From Chthoniobacterales bacterium (lineage in GTDB: Bacteria; Verrucomicrobiota; Verrucomicrobiia; Chthoniobacterales; UBA10450): a stretch of DNA of 56,813 nucleotides. The DNA lies in the NCBI GenBank assembly GCA_013820755.1, contig JACDHZ010000001.1, positions 1 through 56,813 of the forward strand, written 5' to 3'. A program made the translations under genes and the position numbers. Below the pieces are notes generated by a model. That model saw only the letters and a list, made by a program, of their open reading frames with translations, did not search any database and had not been told where the DNA came from. Shown here in pieces: positions 47,773 through 56,457 of the stretch. Position 1 is the first letter of the stretch. Every line of letters begins with the position of its first letter.

Positions 47773-48996
47773 CTACTTGTCGGGATTCACCGGGAAGCGC
47801 TTGTTTTTCAGCTTCTCGGGAACGCGCGCGGTTTGCTCCGACTCGATTTCTTCAGTCGCCGCCCCGAGTGCCTCGTAGGCTTCGCGGCTTTTTTTCGTCC
47901 GACACATGTAGGCGACGGCATGGGCGAGGGGGATGCGCGCTTCCGGCATGCCTACGAATTCGACCGCTTGTTGCGTAGCGACGGCGAGCGGCAGCGCTTC
48001 GGCGTCGGCCAGGCCGACGTCTTCGCTCGCGAAGATGACGATGCGGCGCGCAATGAAGCGAAAGTCTTCGCCCGCGTGCAGCATCTTCGCCAGCCAGTAG
48101 ATCGCGCCTTTCTCATCCGATGCGCGCATGCTTTTGATGAACGCGCTGATTGTGTCGTAGTGGGCGTCGCCAGCGCGATCGTAGACGACGGCTTTTTGCT
48201 GAATGCTCTGCTCCGCGACCGCGAGAGTGAAGTGAATGGTGGAGCAAGTTTCCAACTTGCTCTCTGTGGGCGATCGCAAGTCGGAAGCTTGCGCCACGTC
48301 CGGTGCAGTCGTCAGCACACCGATCTCGAGCGCATTCAGACATTTTCTTGCATCGCCGTCGCTGATCTTCGCGAGATGCGTCCGCGCTTCGGGATCAATT
48401 TTGACATTGAGCTTTCCCAGCCCGCGTTCCTCATCCGTCAAGGCACGGTCGATCAGCTGCTCGAGTTGCTCCACACTCAGCGGCTCCAGCTGAAACACCT
48501 GCGAACGCGAGACGAGCGCGCTGTTGACGTAGAAGAACGGATTGTAAGTGGTTGCGCCGATCAGACGCAGGTTTCCGCTTTCCACGTCGGGCAGGAGAAT
48601 GTCCTGCTGTGCTTTGTTGAAGTGGTGGATTTCATCGACGAAAAGGATCGTCTTCTGTCCTGACGTGCGGATGCGATTGGCAGCGGCAGCGACGACGCGG
48701 CGCATATCGGCGACGTTGCTTTCCACGCCGCTCAGCCGCTCGAATTTAGCCCCTGTCATGCCTGCGATGATCTGCGCGAGCGTCGTTTTCCCGGTGCCGG
48801 GTGGACCGGACAAGATGACCGAAGGCAGGCGGTCCGCCTCGATCGCGCGCCGCAGGAGTTTCCCGGGCGCGAGGATATGCTGCTGGCCGACGAATTCATC
48901 GAGCGACTGCGGACGCATGCGGGCGGCGAGCGGCGATTCAGCCGTTGGCTCTTTCACTGCCTTGGCCTCAGGCTCCGCGAACAGGTCGTCCACCAC
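47773..48996 (-). CDS. rarA: Replication-associated recombination protein A (MgsA/RarA AAA+ ATPase)
   Basis: LAARMRPQSLDEFVGQQH, GPPGTGKTT, FVDEIHHFNK, GATTYNP and AIYWLAKML. Confidence 0.95.
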   Translation of the reverse strand: MVDDLFAEPEAKAVKEPTAESPLAARMRPQSLDEFVGQQHILAPGKLLRRAIEADRLPSVILSGPPGTGKTTLAQIIAGMTGAKFERLSGVESNVADMRRVVAAAANRIRTSGQKTILFVDEIHHFNKAQQDILLPDVESGNLRLIGATTYNPFFYVNSALVSRSQVFQLEPLSVEQLEQLIDRALTDEERGLGKLNVKIDPEARTHLAKISDGDARKCLNALEIGVLTTAPDVAQASDLRSPTESKLETCSTIHFTLAVAEQSIQQKAVVYDRAGDAHYDTISAFIKSMRASDEKGAIYWLAKMLHAGEDFRFIARRIVIFASEDVGLADAEALPLAVATQQAVEFVGMPEARIPLAHAVAYMCRTKKSREAYEALGAATEEIESEQTARVPEKLKNKRFPVNPDK

Positions 48997-49087
48997 CGTG
49001 CGAAGCTACTGGCTGTGGGAGATTCCCGCACGTTCGATTTCGGCAGGCACGTTGCGTGCTTCGCGGTAAGCGGGATATTCGCCGCTC

Positions 49088-49972
49088 ATGCCTAAATTTC
49101 TGCTCAGCCTGTCGCTCCTTATCGTGACGCTCAACGCGGCTTTGGCGGACTCAGGCCTGCCGTTTTCAACCGTCTTCAAAGGTCGCGATAAGTTCGACCG
49201 GCTTGTGAACGAGGCACGCGTGGGCAATTGGTCGTCGCTGCCGATTGGCGAACGGACCGCGACTGTTGGCCGCGCACTAGTCGGCACGCCTTACAAATCA
49301 TTCACGCTCGAGATCGACAATCGCATCGAAGCCCCGTCGGTGAACTTCAACGGGCTCGATTGTTGGACGTTTTTCGAGGTTGCGCTCGGCTTTGCGCGGA
49401 TGATCGCGGAGCCGCAGGAAAATTGGACGCCGGAGCGGTTGCTGCACTACGTCGAGATCGATCGCTACCGGGATGGTCGTTGCACGGGCGAATACCTGTC
49501 GCGGCTGCATTATCTCGAAGATTGGTACGCGGATAACGACCGCCGGGGATTGATTAACGATCTGACGCGCAGTCTTGGCGGGCAAAGAGTGCCGCATGCG
49601 GCGCAAGAAATGACCAAGGGCTGGAAGCACTATCGTTATCTGGCATCGAATCGATCGTTGCTTCGGCCGCTGGCGCAGATGGAATCGCGCGTCTCGAGCC
49701 GCCCGCTTTATCAAATCCCGAAAAGTCGCGTCGCGTCGATTGAGCCGAAGCTGCAAAACGGCGACATCATCGGGATCGTGGGGCACGATGGGCGGCTCTT
49801 CGGCACTACGCATGTGGGCATGGCGCTCCGCGGCGAAGATGGCGTGCTGCATTTCATGCACGCATCGTCGCCGCATAACTACGGCAAAACGGTCGTCGAT
49901 ACCGAGCTGTCGAAGTACCTGGCGCGCTACGGAAGCGACACCGGCATTCTGGTGGGGCGACCGAAACGGTAG
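49088..49972 (+). CDS. Exported DUF1460-like protein (papain/NlpC-like Cys-His fold, amidase-like)
   Basis: Signal peptide MPKFLLSLSLLIVTLNAALA. GLDCWTFFEVAL (candidate Cys nucleophile) and THVGMAL (His). Confidence 0.65.
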   Translation: MPKFLLSLSLLIVTLNAALADSGLPFSTVFKGRDKFDRLVNEARVGNWSSLPIGERTATVGRALVGTPYKSFTLEIDNRIEAPSVNFNGLDCWTFFEVALGFARMIAEPQENWTPERLLHYVEIDRYRDGRCTGEYLSRLHYLEDWYADNDRRGLINDLTRSLGGQRVPHAAQEMTKGWKHYRYLASNRSLLRPLAQMESRVSSRPLYQIPKSRVASIEPKLQNGDIIGIVGHDGRLFGTTHVGMALRGEDGVLHFMHASSPHNYGKTVVDTELSKYLARYGSDTGILVGRPKR

Positions 49973-50030
49973 AGAAAATTCCGGAAGGAGGTTTGCGTTC
50001 AGACACGGCGTCTAAAACACGGCTGGCTTC

Positions 50031-50132
50031 CCGAGCGGAGCGCAGCGCAGTCGAGGGACCCCGTGGAATCCACCGGCGACGTCACTCGTGATGCCACGGG
50101 GTCTCTCCACTGCGCTCGCAGACTCGCTCCGG
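50031..50132. repeat. Imperfect hairpin (REP/MITE-like) of about 100 nt between convergent genes
   Basis: Perfect 10-bp core GACCCCGTGG (50057-50066) / CCACGGGGTC (50094-50103), extended by imperfect GC-rich arms (CCGAGCGGAGCGCAGCGCAGTCGAGG ... TCTCCACTGCGCTCGCAGACTCGCTCCGG). Confidence 0.65.
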
Positions 50133-50196
50133 TCGAGATGATGGGAATGTATCTGGGAACTCGTTTGACAACTGCTCTGGCGCCCGGCGGCTGCGG

Positions 50197-50991
50197 TTAA
50201 TCGAGTTCGACCGGCGCGGCGCGGCGCTTCCGGAGTTCGCGCCGTAAACCGAAACGAGTCTGCATCCGTCCGAGCCGTTGCCGGAGCGGGTGAGGGGAAT
50301 ACGTCGCGCGAAAGTGGGGATCGATCGCGAGGTTTTGCTCTTTGCACATCGCGATCGCTTCAGGTGTCCAGAGACCGCGCACGATGGCCGACATCAAGTA
50401 CGCGACCGGGGCGCGCTCGCGGGTGCTGTAAGAGAGGATTTTCATCTCCCGCGTGCGCGCGCTGCCGCGCGACTCCATCTCCCACGCCGTCTCGCCATCG
50501 CGCAACGCGGAGGTGAATGCGTCGCGTTTCCAGAGCGTCAGCTGGCATCGCGTCCGCCCATCAGACTCGCGCGGGACGACTCCGAAATCGGGGTTGATTG
50601 GCGCGAACGCCTGCTCCAATTCCGAGCGCGCGCGAAAGCAAAACGCGTCGACGTCGTGCTCGAACGCGTAGCTGAAGTCGCGCGCGAGTTGATCTTCGGC
50701 GACGGGCGCAGTCAGGAAATAATCCTCCTGTAAATACAACACGCGCTCGGCATCGATCTGGCTGAGCGCAGTCTTCATGTTCGACGCCCAATTCCGATCT
50801 TCACCGACCGCGATCGCGCGGATGAAACTGGAGCGCACCGGCAGTCGATTCACGATCAGGTAAACTGGGAACGGGCAATCGGGCCAGAACTTGCGGAAGA
50901 AGGAAGCGAACTGTTGCCAGCAATCGAAGAACGCATCGCAACTCGACACAACGATTGCGACTGAGGCCGCGAAGTCTGGCAGCTGTTTCAT
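50197..50991 (-). CDS. Hypothetical protein, possibly GT-A-like glycosyltransferase
   Basis: N-terminal beta-strand plus IVVSSCDAFFDCW, then LYLQEDYF (DxD-like). No firm family recognised. Confidence 0.45.
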   Translation of the reverse strand: MKQLPDFAASVAIVVSSCDAFFDCWQQFASFFRKFWPDCPFPVYLIVNRLPVRSSFIRAIAVGEDRNWASNMKTALSQIDAERVLYLQEDYFLTAPVAEDQLARDFSYAFEHDVDAFCFRARSELEQAFAPINPDFGVVPRESDGRTRCQLTLWKRDAFTSALRDGETAWEMESRGSARTREMKILSYSTRERAPVAYLMSAIVRGLWTPEAIAMCKEQNLAIDPHFRATYSPHPLRQRLGRMQTRFGLRRELRKRRAAPVELD

Positions 50992-51028
50992 TGAGTTAGA
51001 AGTAATTTAAGTCGCTTCAAAGTGTTTT

Positions 51029-51160
51029 CCCTTACCCTAACCCTCTTCCAAAACGGGAGAGGGATCGCTTCTCCCACGGAGAGAAGGTTAGCGCTACCCG
51101 CGCGGATCGTGCTCGCCGGCGGATCCCTTCTCCCCTGGGGAGAAGGTTAGGATGAGGGGT
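51029..51160. repeat. Cluster of three related short hairpins (CCCTCTYCC/GGRGAGRGG type), each flanked by a GGTTAG motif
   Basis: H1 CCCTCTTCC-AAAAC-GGGAGAGGG (51041-51063). H2 CTTCTCCC-ACG-GAGAGAAG (about 51068-51086). H3 perfect palindrome CCTTCTCCCCTGGGGAGAAGG (51126-51146). GGTTAG follows H2 and H3, and its complement CTAACC precedes H1. Confidence 0.7.
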
Positions 51161-51206
51161 TCACTCCTCTCTCGAATCTCCAAATACGCAGTTTTGCAAC
51201 CCAGTT

Positions 51207-53063
51207 CTAGTTGTTGAAGAACATGCGCGCCCATTCATTCAACACCCACAGATTCCAAAGTCGCTGCGCATGATTTGCCCGGCCGGCTTGATGTTCATCC
51301 AATAACTGCGCGGCCGTTCGCTCGTCGAGGTACGGGGTTAAGGCTGAATGCAGCGGAAGCACGCCATCGCGAATCTGCTCTCGCGCTTCGTTTCGCCACC
51401 AGCGCGCGAGCGGCACAGAAAAGCCCCGCTTTGGCGCGCGCAGAACTTCTGCTGGAAGATCGGCGGCGACAATGTCGCGCAGCATCAATTTACCTTCGTG
51501 GCGGTTCCCTTTCCATTCGTTAGGTACTCGCGCGCACAGCGCGACCAACTCATGATCGAGAAACGGGGAACGTACCTCGAGGCTCCGCGCCATGCTCGCG
51601 ATATCGAGCTTTGTCAGGAGCGAATTTGGCAGCGGCTCCGTGTTATCCCACTGCAGGATGCGTGCGAGCGGATCCATCGTGCCGGCCCAGAACTCCGAGA
51701 CGACATCGCGCAGGACCGGATCGCTTTCGCGGCGCAAGGCGTCGGTCGTGATGCGCTGGAAGAAGCTGCCGGAAAAGAACTCGCCGGAGAACAGGCTGGG
51801 CGTTTCGGTGAGAAATCGGCGCTGTAGCTTTCCGGCAGCTTTGGTCCCACGCCAACCTTCGCCGACCATCGCGGCGAACGTCCAGTGCTCGCGAGTTTGT
51901 CGCGGAAACAGCAGGGACGAGTGATGCTGCCACCGCGCCAGACGGTGCTTCGGATATCCTGCGAATGCTTCATCTCCCCCGTCACCGCTGAGCGCGACTT
52001 TCACGAACTGCCGCGTCAGCCCGCAGACCAGCATCGTCGGCAGCGCCGACTTGTCGGCAGAAGGCTCGCCGTAATGTCGCACCACATCCGGCAGCAGCTT
52101 CAGGAGATCGGCGCCGCCACTGAGCAGATGATGTTCAACACCAAAATGCTTCGCCGACGCGCGCGCGATTACGGATTCATCGTAATCCTGCTCCGCGAAG
52201 CCGATGGTGAATGCCTGCACCTTCCGTCCGAGCCCCTTCACGAGCCGCGCGAGGATTGCGTTCGAATCGAGGCCGCCACTCAAGAGCAGCCCGATTGGCA
52301 CGTCGCTCCGCAACCGGAGCCGAATGCTTTCATCCAGTTTCGCGCGCACGAGCTCGATCGCTTCATCGTAGCTGCACGTCAGTCTCGGCGACTGAGTGTA
52401 GGACCAGTAGCGCTCGACCTTCACCTCTCCGCTGCGCCAGAGAAGATAATGGGCGGGCGGCAGTTTCCTAATCTGCCGCACCATGCTTTGCGGCGCGGAG
52501 ACGAAGCCGAATAACAGGTAGGCGGCGAGCGCGCTCGGCTCGATTTCCCACGGCGCGAGCTTCGCCTCGAGCAACGGCGCAAGCTCCGAGCTGAACAACA
52601 GCGAGCCATCCGCGAGGACGTAATTCAGAGGTTTCTTGCCGAGACGATCGCGCGCGAGCAAGAGCGTTTTGGTGCGCGAATCCCAAAGCGCGAAGGCGAA
52701 CATGCCGCGCAGGTGACGCAACATATCGGCGCCATATTCCTCGTAAAGATGGACGAGCGTTTCGGTGTCGCCGTGCGTCTTGAATCTATGGCCGCGCTCC
52801 TGCAATCGGGCGCGAAGCTCGACGTAATTGTAGATCTCGCCGTTAAAGACCACGTGAATGGTGCCGTCTTCGTTCGCGATCGGTTGCTGGCTGCAATCGA
52901 CATCGACAATGCTGAGTCGCCGCATCGCGAGACCCATGCCCGGTGCGAAGAAGTAGCCGTCATCATCGGGTCCGCGATGCCGCAGGCCCTCCGCCATGCG
53001 ATGCAACATCATGGCGCGGTCACGCCCGTTTTCGGGGCCGACAAAACCGGCTATGCCGCACAT
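51207..53063 (-). CDS. Asparagine synthase (glutamine-hydrolysing) family amidotransferase
   Basis: N-terminal nucleophile MCGIAG, the GATase II domain and the PP-loop LLSGGLDS. 618 aa. Confidence 0.9.
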   Translation of the reverse strand: MCGIAGFVGPENGRDRAMMLHRMAEGLRHRGPDDDGYFFAPGMGLAMRRLSIVDVDCSQQPIANEDGTIHVVFNGEIYNYVELRARLQERGHRFKTHGDTETLVHLYEEYGADMLRHLRGMFAFALWDSRTKTLLLARDRLGKKPLNYVLADGSLLFSSELAPLLEAKLAPWEIEPSALAAYLLFGFVSAPQSMVRQIRKLPPAHYLLWRSGEVKVERYWSYTQSPRLTCSYDEAIELVRAKLDESIRLRLRSDVPIGLLLSGGLDSNAILARLVKGLGRKVQAFTIGFAEQDYDESVIARASAKHFGVEHHLLSGGADLLKLLPDVVRHYGEPSADKSALPTMLVCGLTRQFVKVALSGDGGDEAFAGYPKHRLARWQHHSSLLFPRQTREHWTFAAMVGEGWRGTKAAGKLQRRFLTETPSLFSGEFFSGSFFQRITTDALRRESDPVLRDVVSEFWAGTMDPLARILQWDNTEPLPNSLLTKLDIASMARSLEVRSPFLDHELVALCARVPNEWKGNRHEGKLMLRDIVAADLPAEVLRAPKRGFSVPLARWWRNEAREQIRDGVLPLHSALTPYLDERTAAQLLDEHQAGRANHAQRLWNLWVLNEWARMFFNN

Positions 53064-53071
53064 CGTGAAAG

Positions 53072-53908
53072 CTAACGCGGAATAGCTGCTGATGCGCCGT
53101 AGCCGAAGCGCGCATCAAGTTCCGCGACAGCGCGGGTGGCGTAATCAACATCCGCGCCGTCCAGGTAATCAATGTAGCCGCCGACTTTTCCGCGGCGCAC
53201 TTTATAAGACTCCGGGTCATGCACATCGCCCGGCTGCAGCAGCTGCGGATCATAGACACACGACGCCTCCATTTTTCGCATATTGCCGAAGCGCGAGAAC
53301 TGAAGTGCGCCATCGAAGTGCGGTTGCACTGGGGCGGATTCGCCTGCTCCGGCGAGCACGCGCCGGAACTGCGTCCCCGGGTCGAAATGCAGATCTTCGT
53401 AGCGGACGAGCGTGCAATCTTTGCGGTGCCCGGACTCGGCGATCCATTCATTCATCGCGCGCACCATCAACCGGATGCCGTGGGTCGGATCGCGCAATAT
53501 TTCGCTCATCGATCGGTCCTTCAACTCACCGGCAGTCTCGGCGGTGCGGCGCGTCAGCTCGTGATAGTGCGATACGAAAACATCGCGTGGATCGCGCGCG
53601 AGCAACAGAATGCGCGCCCGTCTGATCTCGCTTTGCGGCACCAGATATTTGCTGCGCACGCGGTCCCACCAGCGCGTCTTCGTGTAGTGCTCGTAAAGGT
53701 CGTGCGTGTAGATCACGCGCGGGATGCGGGGTTCGCCGTATTCCTCCGGATCGAGCGAAAACGGATGGCCGAATCGGCTGCAGAAATAGGCCGCGAGAAA
53801 GGTGCGGAGCCAGGTGCGGCCGCTGTTCGGCACCGAGATCACGATCGCGTCGCCGCCGCTCAAACGCGCTGCGCGACTGCTCACGTTAAACCGCAGCGGC
53901 ATCGTCAC
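53072..53908 (-). CDS. PAPS-dependent sulfotransferase-family protein
   Basis: 5'-PSB loop VPNSGRTWL and a 3'-PB-like ARDPRDVFVS. Start at GTG 53908 or ATG 53902. Confidence 0.8.
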   Translation of the reverse strand: MTMPLRFNVSSRAARLSGGDAIVISVPNSGRTWLRTFLAAYFCSRFGHPFSLDPEEYGEPRIPRVIYTHDLYEHYTKTRWWDRVRSKYLVPQSEIRRARILLLARDPRDVFVSHYHELTRRTAETAGELKDRSMSEILRDPTHGIRLMVRAMNEWIAESGHRKDCTLVRYEDLHFDPGTQFRRVLAGAGESAPVQPHFDGALQFSRFGNMRKMEASCVYDPQLLQPGDVHDPESYKVRRGKVGGYIDYLDGADVDYATRAVAELDARFGYGASAAIPR

Positions 53909-53993
53909 ACTGCGGCTTCGGATTCACAAGCGTCACGCAGCCATTCGTCCGACGCAGCTGGTGGCTCCGCAAGCCAATTTCGCGGCGGCGCAG

Positions 53994-54022
53994 TTGAAAC
54001 AGGCGATAGCGTGAGCTATGAT
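53994..54022 (+). promoter_or_regulatory. Candidate sigma70-type promoter of ssrA
   Basis: TTGAAA (53994-53999), a 17-nt spacer, then TATGAT (54017-54022), 18 nt upstream of the mature tmRNA 5' end. Confidence 0.5.
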
Positions 54023-54040
54023 ACGCACTCCGAAAGAGAA

Positions 54041-54397
54041 GGGGGCGCACTGGTTTCGACTCGTAGTTCGAAGCACAGGCGGCATGTCGAGGATGGTTCG
54101 TTGGCCTCGTTAAAATCCGGACCAAAAAAAATAAACGCAGATCACCAAGATCTCGCTCTCGCGGCTTAATTGACCGTGATGTTCCCGGTTGGACGCCTGC
54201 TACGACCGGGAACATGGACAGCAGGCTAATCGGACGGCGGAGTGACCGCGCCGCCCGGTGAAGGAAACCTCGTGGTGGCTCGGGAGACGGAGTGTGCCGG
54301 CGCAGCCTTCGGCTCCTTAAAAATAAATCACCGGCTAAACATGTAGAAGCTTGCGTAGACAGCTTCGAGGACAGGGGTTCGACTCCCCTCGCCTCCA
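54041..54397 (+). ncRNA. ssrA: tmRNA (SsrA)
   Basis: 5' GGGGGCGCACTGGTTTCGAC pairs with 3' ...GGACAGGGGTTCGACTCCCCTCGCCTCCA, giving an acceptor stem with a G3:U pair and a T-arm. Tag ORF from resume codon GCA 54137 to TAA 54167-54169 encodes ADHQDLALAA, preceded by an A-rich AAAAAAAATAAAC. Confidence 0.9.
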
Positions 54398-54534
54398 CTC
54401 TTCCAAAGTGGCCCCAAAGTCGCCCATTTCATTCCTGGCCGAGCACTTACCTCGAATGCTGGGTTTCTTCAGGTCTTCAAAGAAACAGTAGCTCTACTCG
54501 CTTGGATTTGTATATTCTTGTATAAAGAGGTCCT

Positions 54535-55798
54535 GTGGCTAAACACAAAAGCATCAAACCAGTTAGATTTCCAGTTAGATTTGAGAAGAACGGGCGCATT
54601 GGAACGGTTTACCGCCTCGGTAATGGCACGTTGAAAACGTACTTTTCGCTCCGGTGGTATGGCGAAGGCAAACACGCGCGCGAAATTTAGTGCAGCCGTC
54701 GAATACCTCGACCGTTCGTTTGACTAACTCGATTTAGACCGCGCCAACGCCGCTCCGCTGAATCCTCTCAACAGCGACCGGCGAACCTACTCCGAACTGG
54801 AGCATTTGCTGCGTGAACGGGGGGAGGGGCCACCTTGCGTGAGGCGGTGACGTTCTACCTCGCACACCACCGGACTAAACGGCTGATGCCGCAAACGGTT
54901 GCAGAATGCGCAGAGACTTTCGTCGCTCATCAACTCGCAAACAACCTGTCACAGAGTCACATTGCGACTCTTCAAAAGCACTTTCGCAGGTTAGCAAGGA
55001 ATTTGGAACGCGCCAGATTCATCAGATTGAGACGCTTGAAACAGCGGATTGGCTCAGAAGAGCAAGGAAGGTAGGCTCTGGGGTGCGAAGACTCGGACAA
55101 GCAATCTCGCTTCCCTTGTAAGTTTGTCGCTCTTCGCGCGGGACACGCTCAGTGCAATTCCGGACATCGGAAAACCGAATTCCAAAAAGTTCGTAGGCCG
55201 AAGAAGGAATACAGAGACGAGGTTGAAATCTACACGCCAGTGGAGATGCAGACGCTGCTGCTCGCCGCGCTGGACACTGATATCGACATGATTCCCGCTC
55301 TTGTGGTCGGCGGATTCAGGGACTGCGACCCGCTGAATTTCACGCGGAAAATGCGAAGCGTCGTCCGCTGAAATGGCAAGCATTCATCTGGGATGATAAA
55401 ATTCTTCATATCACCGGCCAGAAGGTGCGGTCGAAAGCGAATCGCGATGTTCCGCTGCACGCTATTACCGAAAAGTGGCTTAACCCGTTCAAAGGCTTGA
55501 AAGGGGAGATTTGGCGTCATCGCGAGTCACACAGCAAAAAATGATTTCCCTCCGAATGGCGGCAGGGGCGTGCAGCATTTACGACGGTTTCAGGCACAGC
55601 TATGCCAGTTATCGTATTCGCCAGTTGAAAGGCAACTTACCCGAACTGGCGGTCGAAATGGGCAATTCCCCTCGCGAGATTATCGATAGCTACAAGCGAA
55701 ACGTCACCGATGAGCAGGCGAGAGTGTGGTTCACAGAGATTCTCCCGCCCCCAGATTATTCGGACCTGCCTCTCGGACCAGAAGAACGCACGAGGTAA
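54535..55798 (+). pseudogene. Decayed tyrosine recombinase (phage-type integrase) next to ssrA
   Basis: Integrase-like pieces in hopping frames 1>2>1>0>2>1>0>2: VAKHKSIKPVRFPVRFEKNGRIGTVYRLGNGTLKTYF..., EAVTFYLAHH..., IHQIETLETADWL, YTPVEMQTLLLAALDTDIDMIPALVVGGF, LRPAEF...KILHITGQKVRSKANRDVPLH and GFRHSYASYRI...MGNSPREIIDSYKRNV. Stops at 54688 (TAG) and 54725 (TAA). Confidence 0.8.
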
Positions 55799-56004
55799 AC
55801 GTCGCTTCTTAAGCAGCGTCTCTATGCTATACACGTGAACCGTGCGGGGTGGTTGACGGCGGCAAGTACGAAGTATCCACATTTTTAAATGAGTACTGTT
55901 ACGAAATTCTTCTTCCCTTTTCTGCGGCTCTAATGTTATAAAAACCATAGTTGAGAGCAAATTAGGCGAAAACTTGTGTGATTCCTCGGTGTTCAAATCG
56001 TTCA

Positions 56005-56457
56005 ATGAACTTTCTAAATTTCCTTTTTTTTCGTGAGATGATATCGCCTCTGATTGTGGGCGCCGCCTGTTTCGTACTCGGAAGCCAGCACATCCCTACG
56101 GTCGCCGATCCTTCGCAGGACCTCGCGATGATCAATGGCTGCGTTGTCTCGGCTTGCAATTACATGGCGGTGGTGCAAGCGAAGCACACGCTCGATCGCG
56201 ATTTTTGGGCGAAAATCCTCCTGGTTCGCTACTCCGACAATTCGGCTGGACACGCCTATTGCGTCTGGGAAACGGATGGAACTATCTACGGCTACGATCG
56301 AAATAGTGGCGGTTTCCCTATCCCGACATACACGCGCGATCCGAAGCAAATTGCTTCGGTGCTGGCCGTTGAGTTGTCACGGCACCTGAACCAGACGTTG
56401 ACCGTTGCTTCCGCGGATTTTGTCGAGCCGACGAAGACGCAACTCACGCCGTTCTAA
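56005..56457 (+). CDS. Hypothetical membrane-anchored/exported protein with a Cys...His...Asp pattern (papain/transglutaminase-like?)
   Basis: N-terminal hydrophobic segment ISPLIVGAACFVLG, then INGCVVSACNY, AGHAYCVWE and GYDRNSG. AT-richer context. ATG at 56005 inside ORF 55978..56457. Confidence 0.45.
   Translation: MNFLNFLFFREMISPLIVGAACFVLGSQHIPTVADPSQDLAMINGCVVSACNYMAVVQAKHTLDRDFWAKILLVRYSDNSAGHAYCVWETDGTIYGYDRNSGGFPIPTYTRDPKQIASVLAVELSRHLNQTLTVASADFVEPTKTQLTPF

Noticed and set aside
46995-47978. 327-aa plus-strand ORF (and similar antisense ORFs at 5203..6036, 19007..19702, 53219..54169)
   Set aside because: These are shadow ORFs opposite lhr/rarA, the amidohydrolase, the SEDS gene and the sulfotransferase. 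No motifs are present, and they span real gene boundaries.
50992-51206. Short repeats as a CRISPR array
   Set aside because: There are only three imperfect copies, each itself a hairpin, with irregular spacing and no spacer-like unique segments of constant length. No cas genes are present.
51207-53063. AsnB homologue as a lasso-peptide cyclase (RiPP cluster)
   Set aside because: As I recall, lasso cyclases lack the intact N-terminal Cys nucleophile (MCGIAG) of a true glutamine amidotransferase that this protein keeps. There is no B-type transglutaminase/PqqD gene and no plausible precursor ORF in the flanking spacers. DUF1460 is signal-peptide-bearing.
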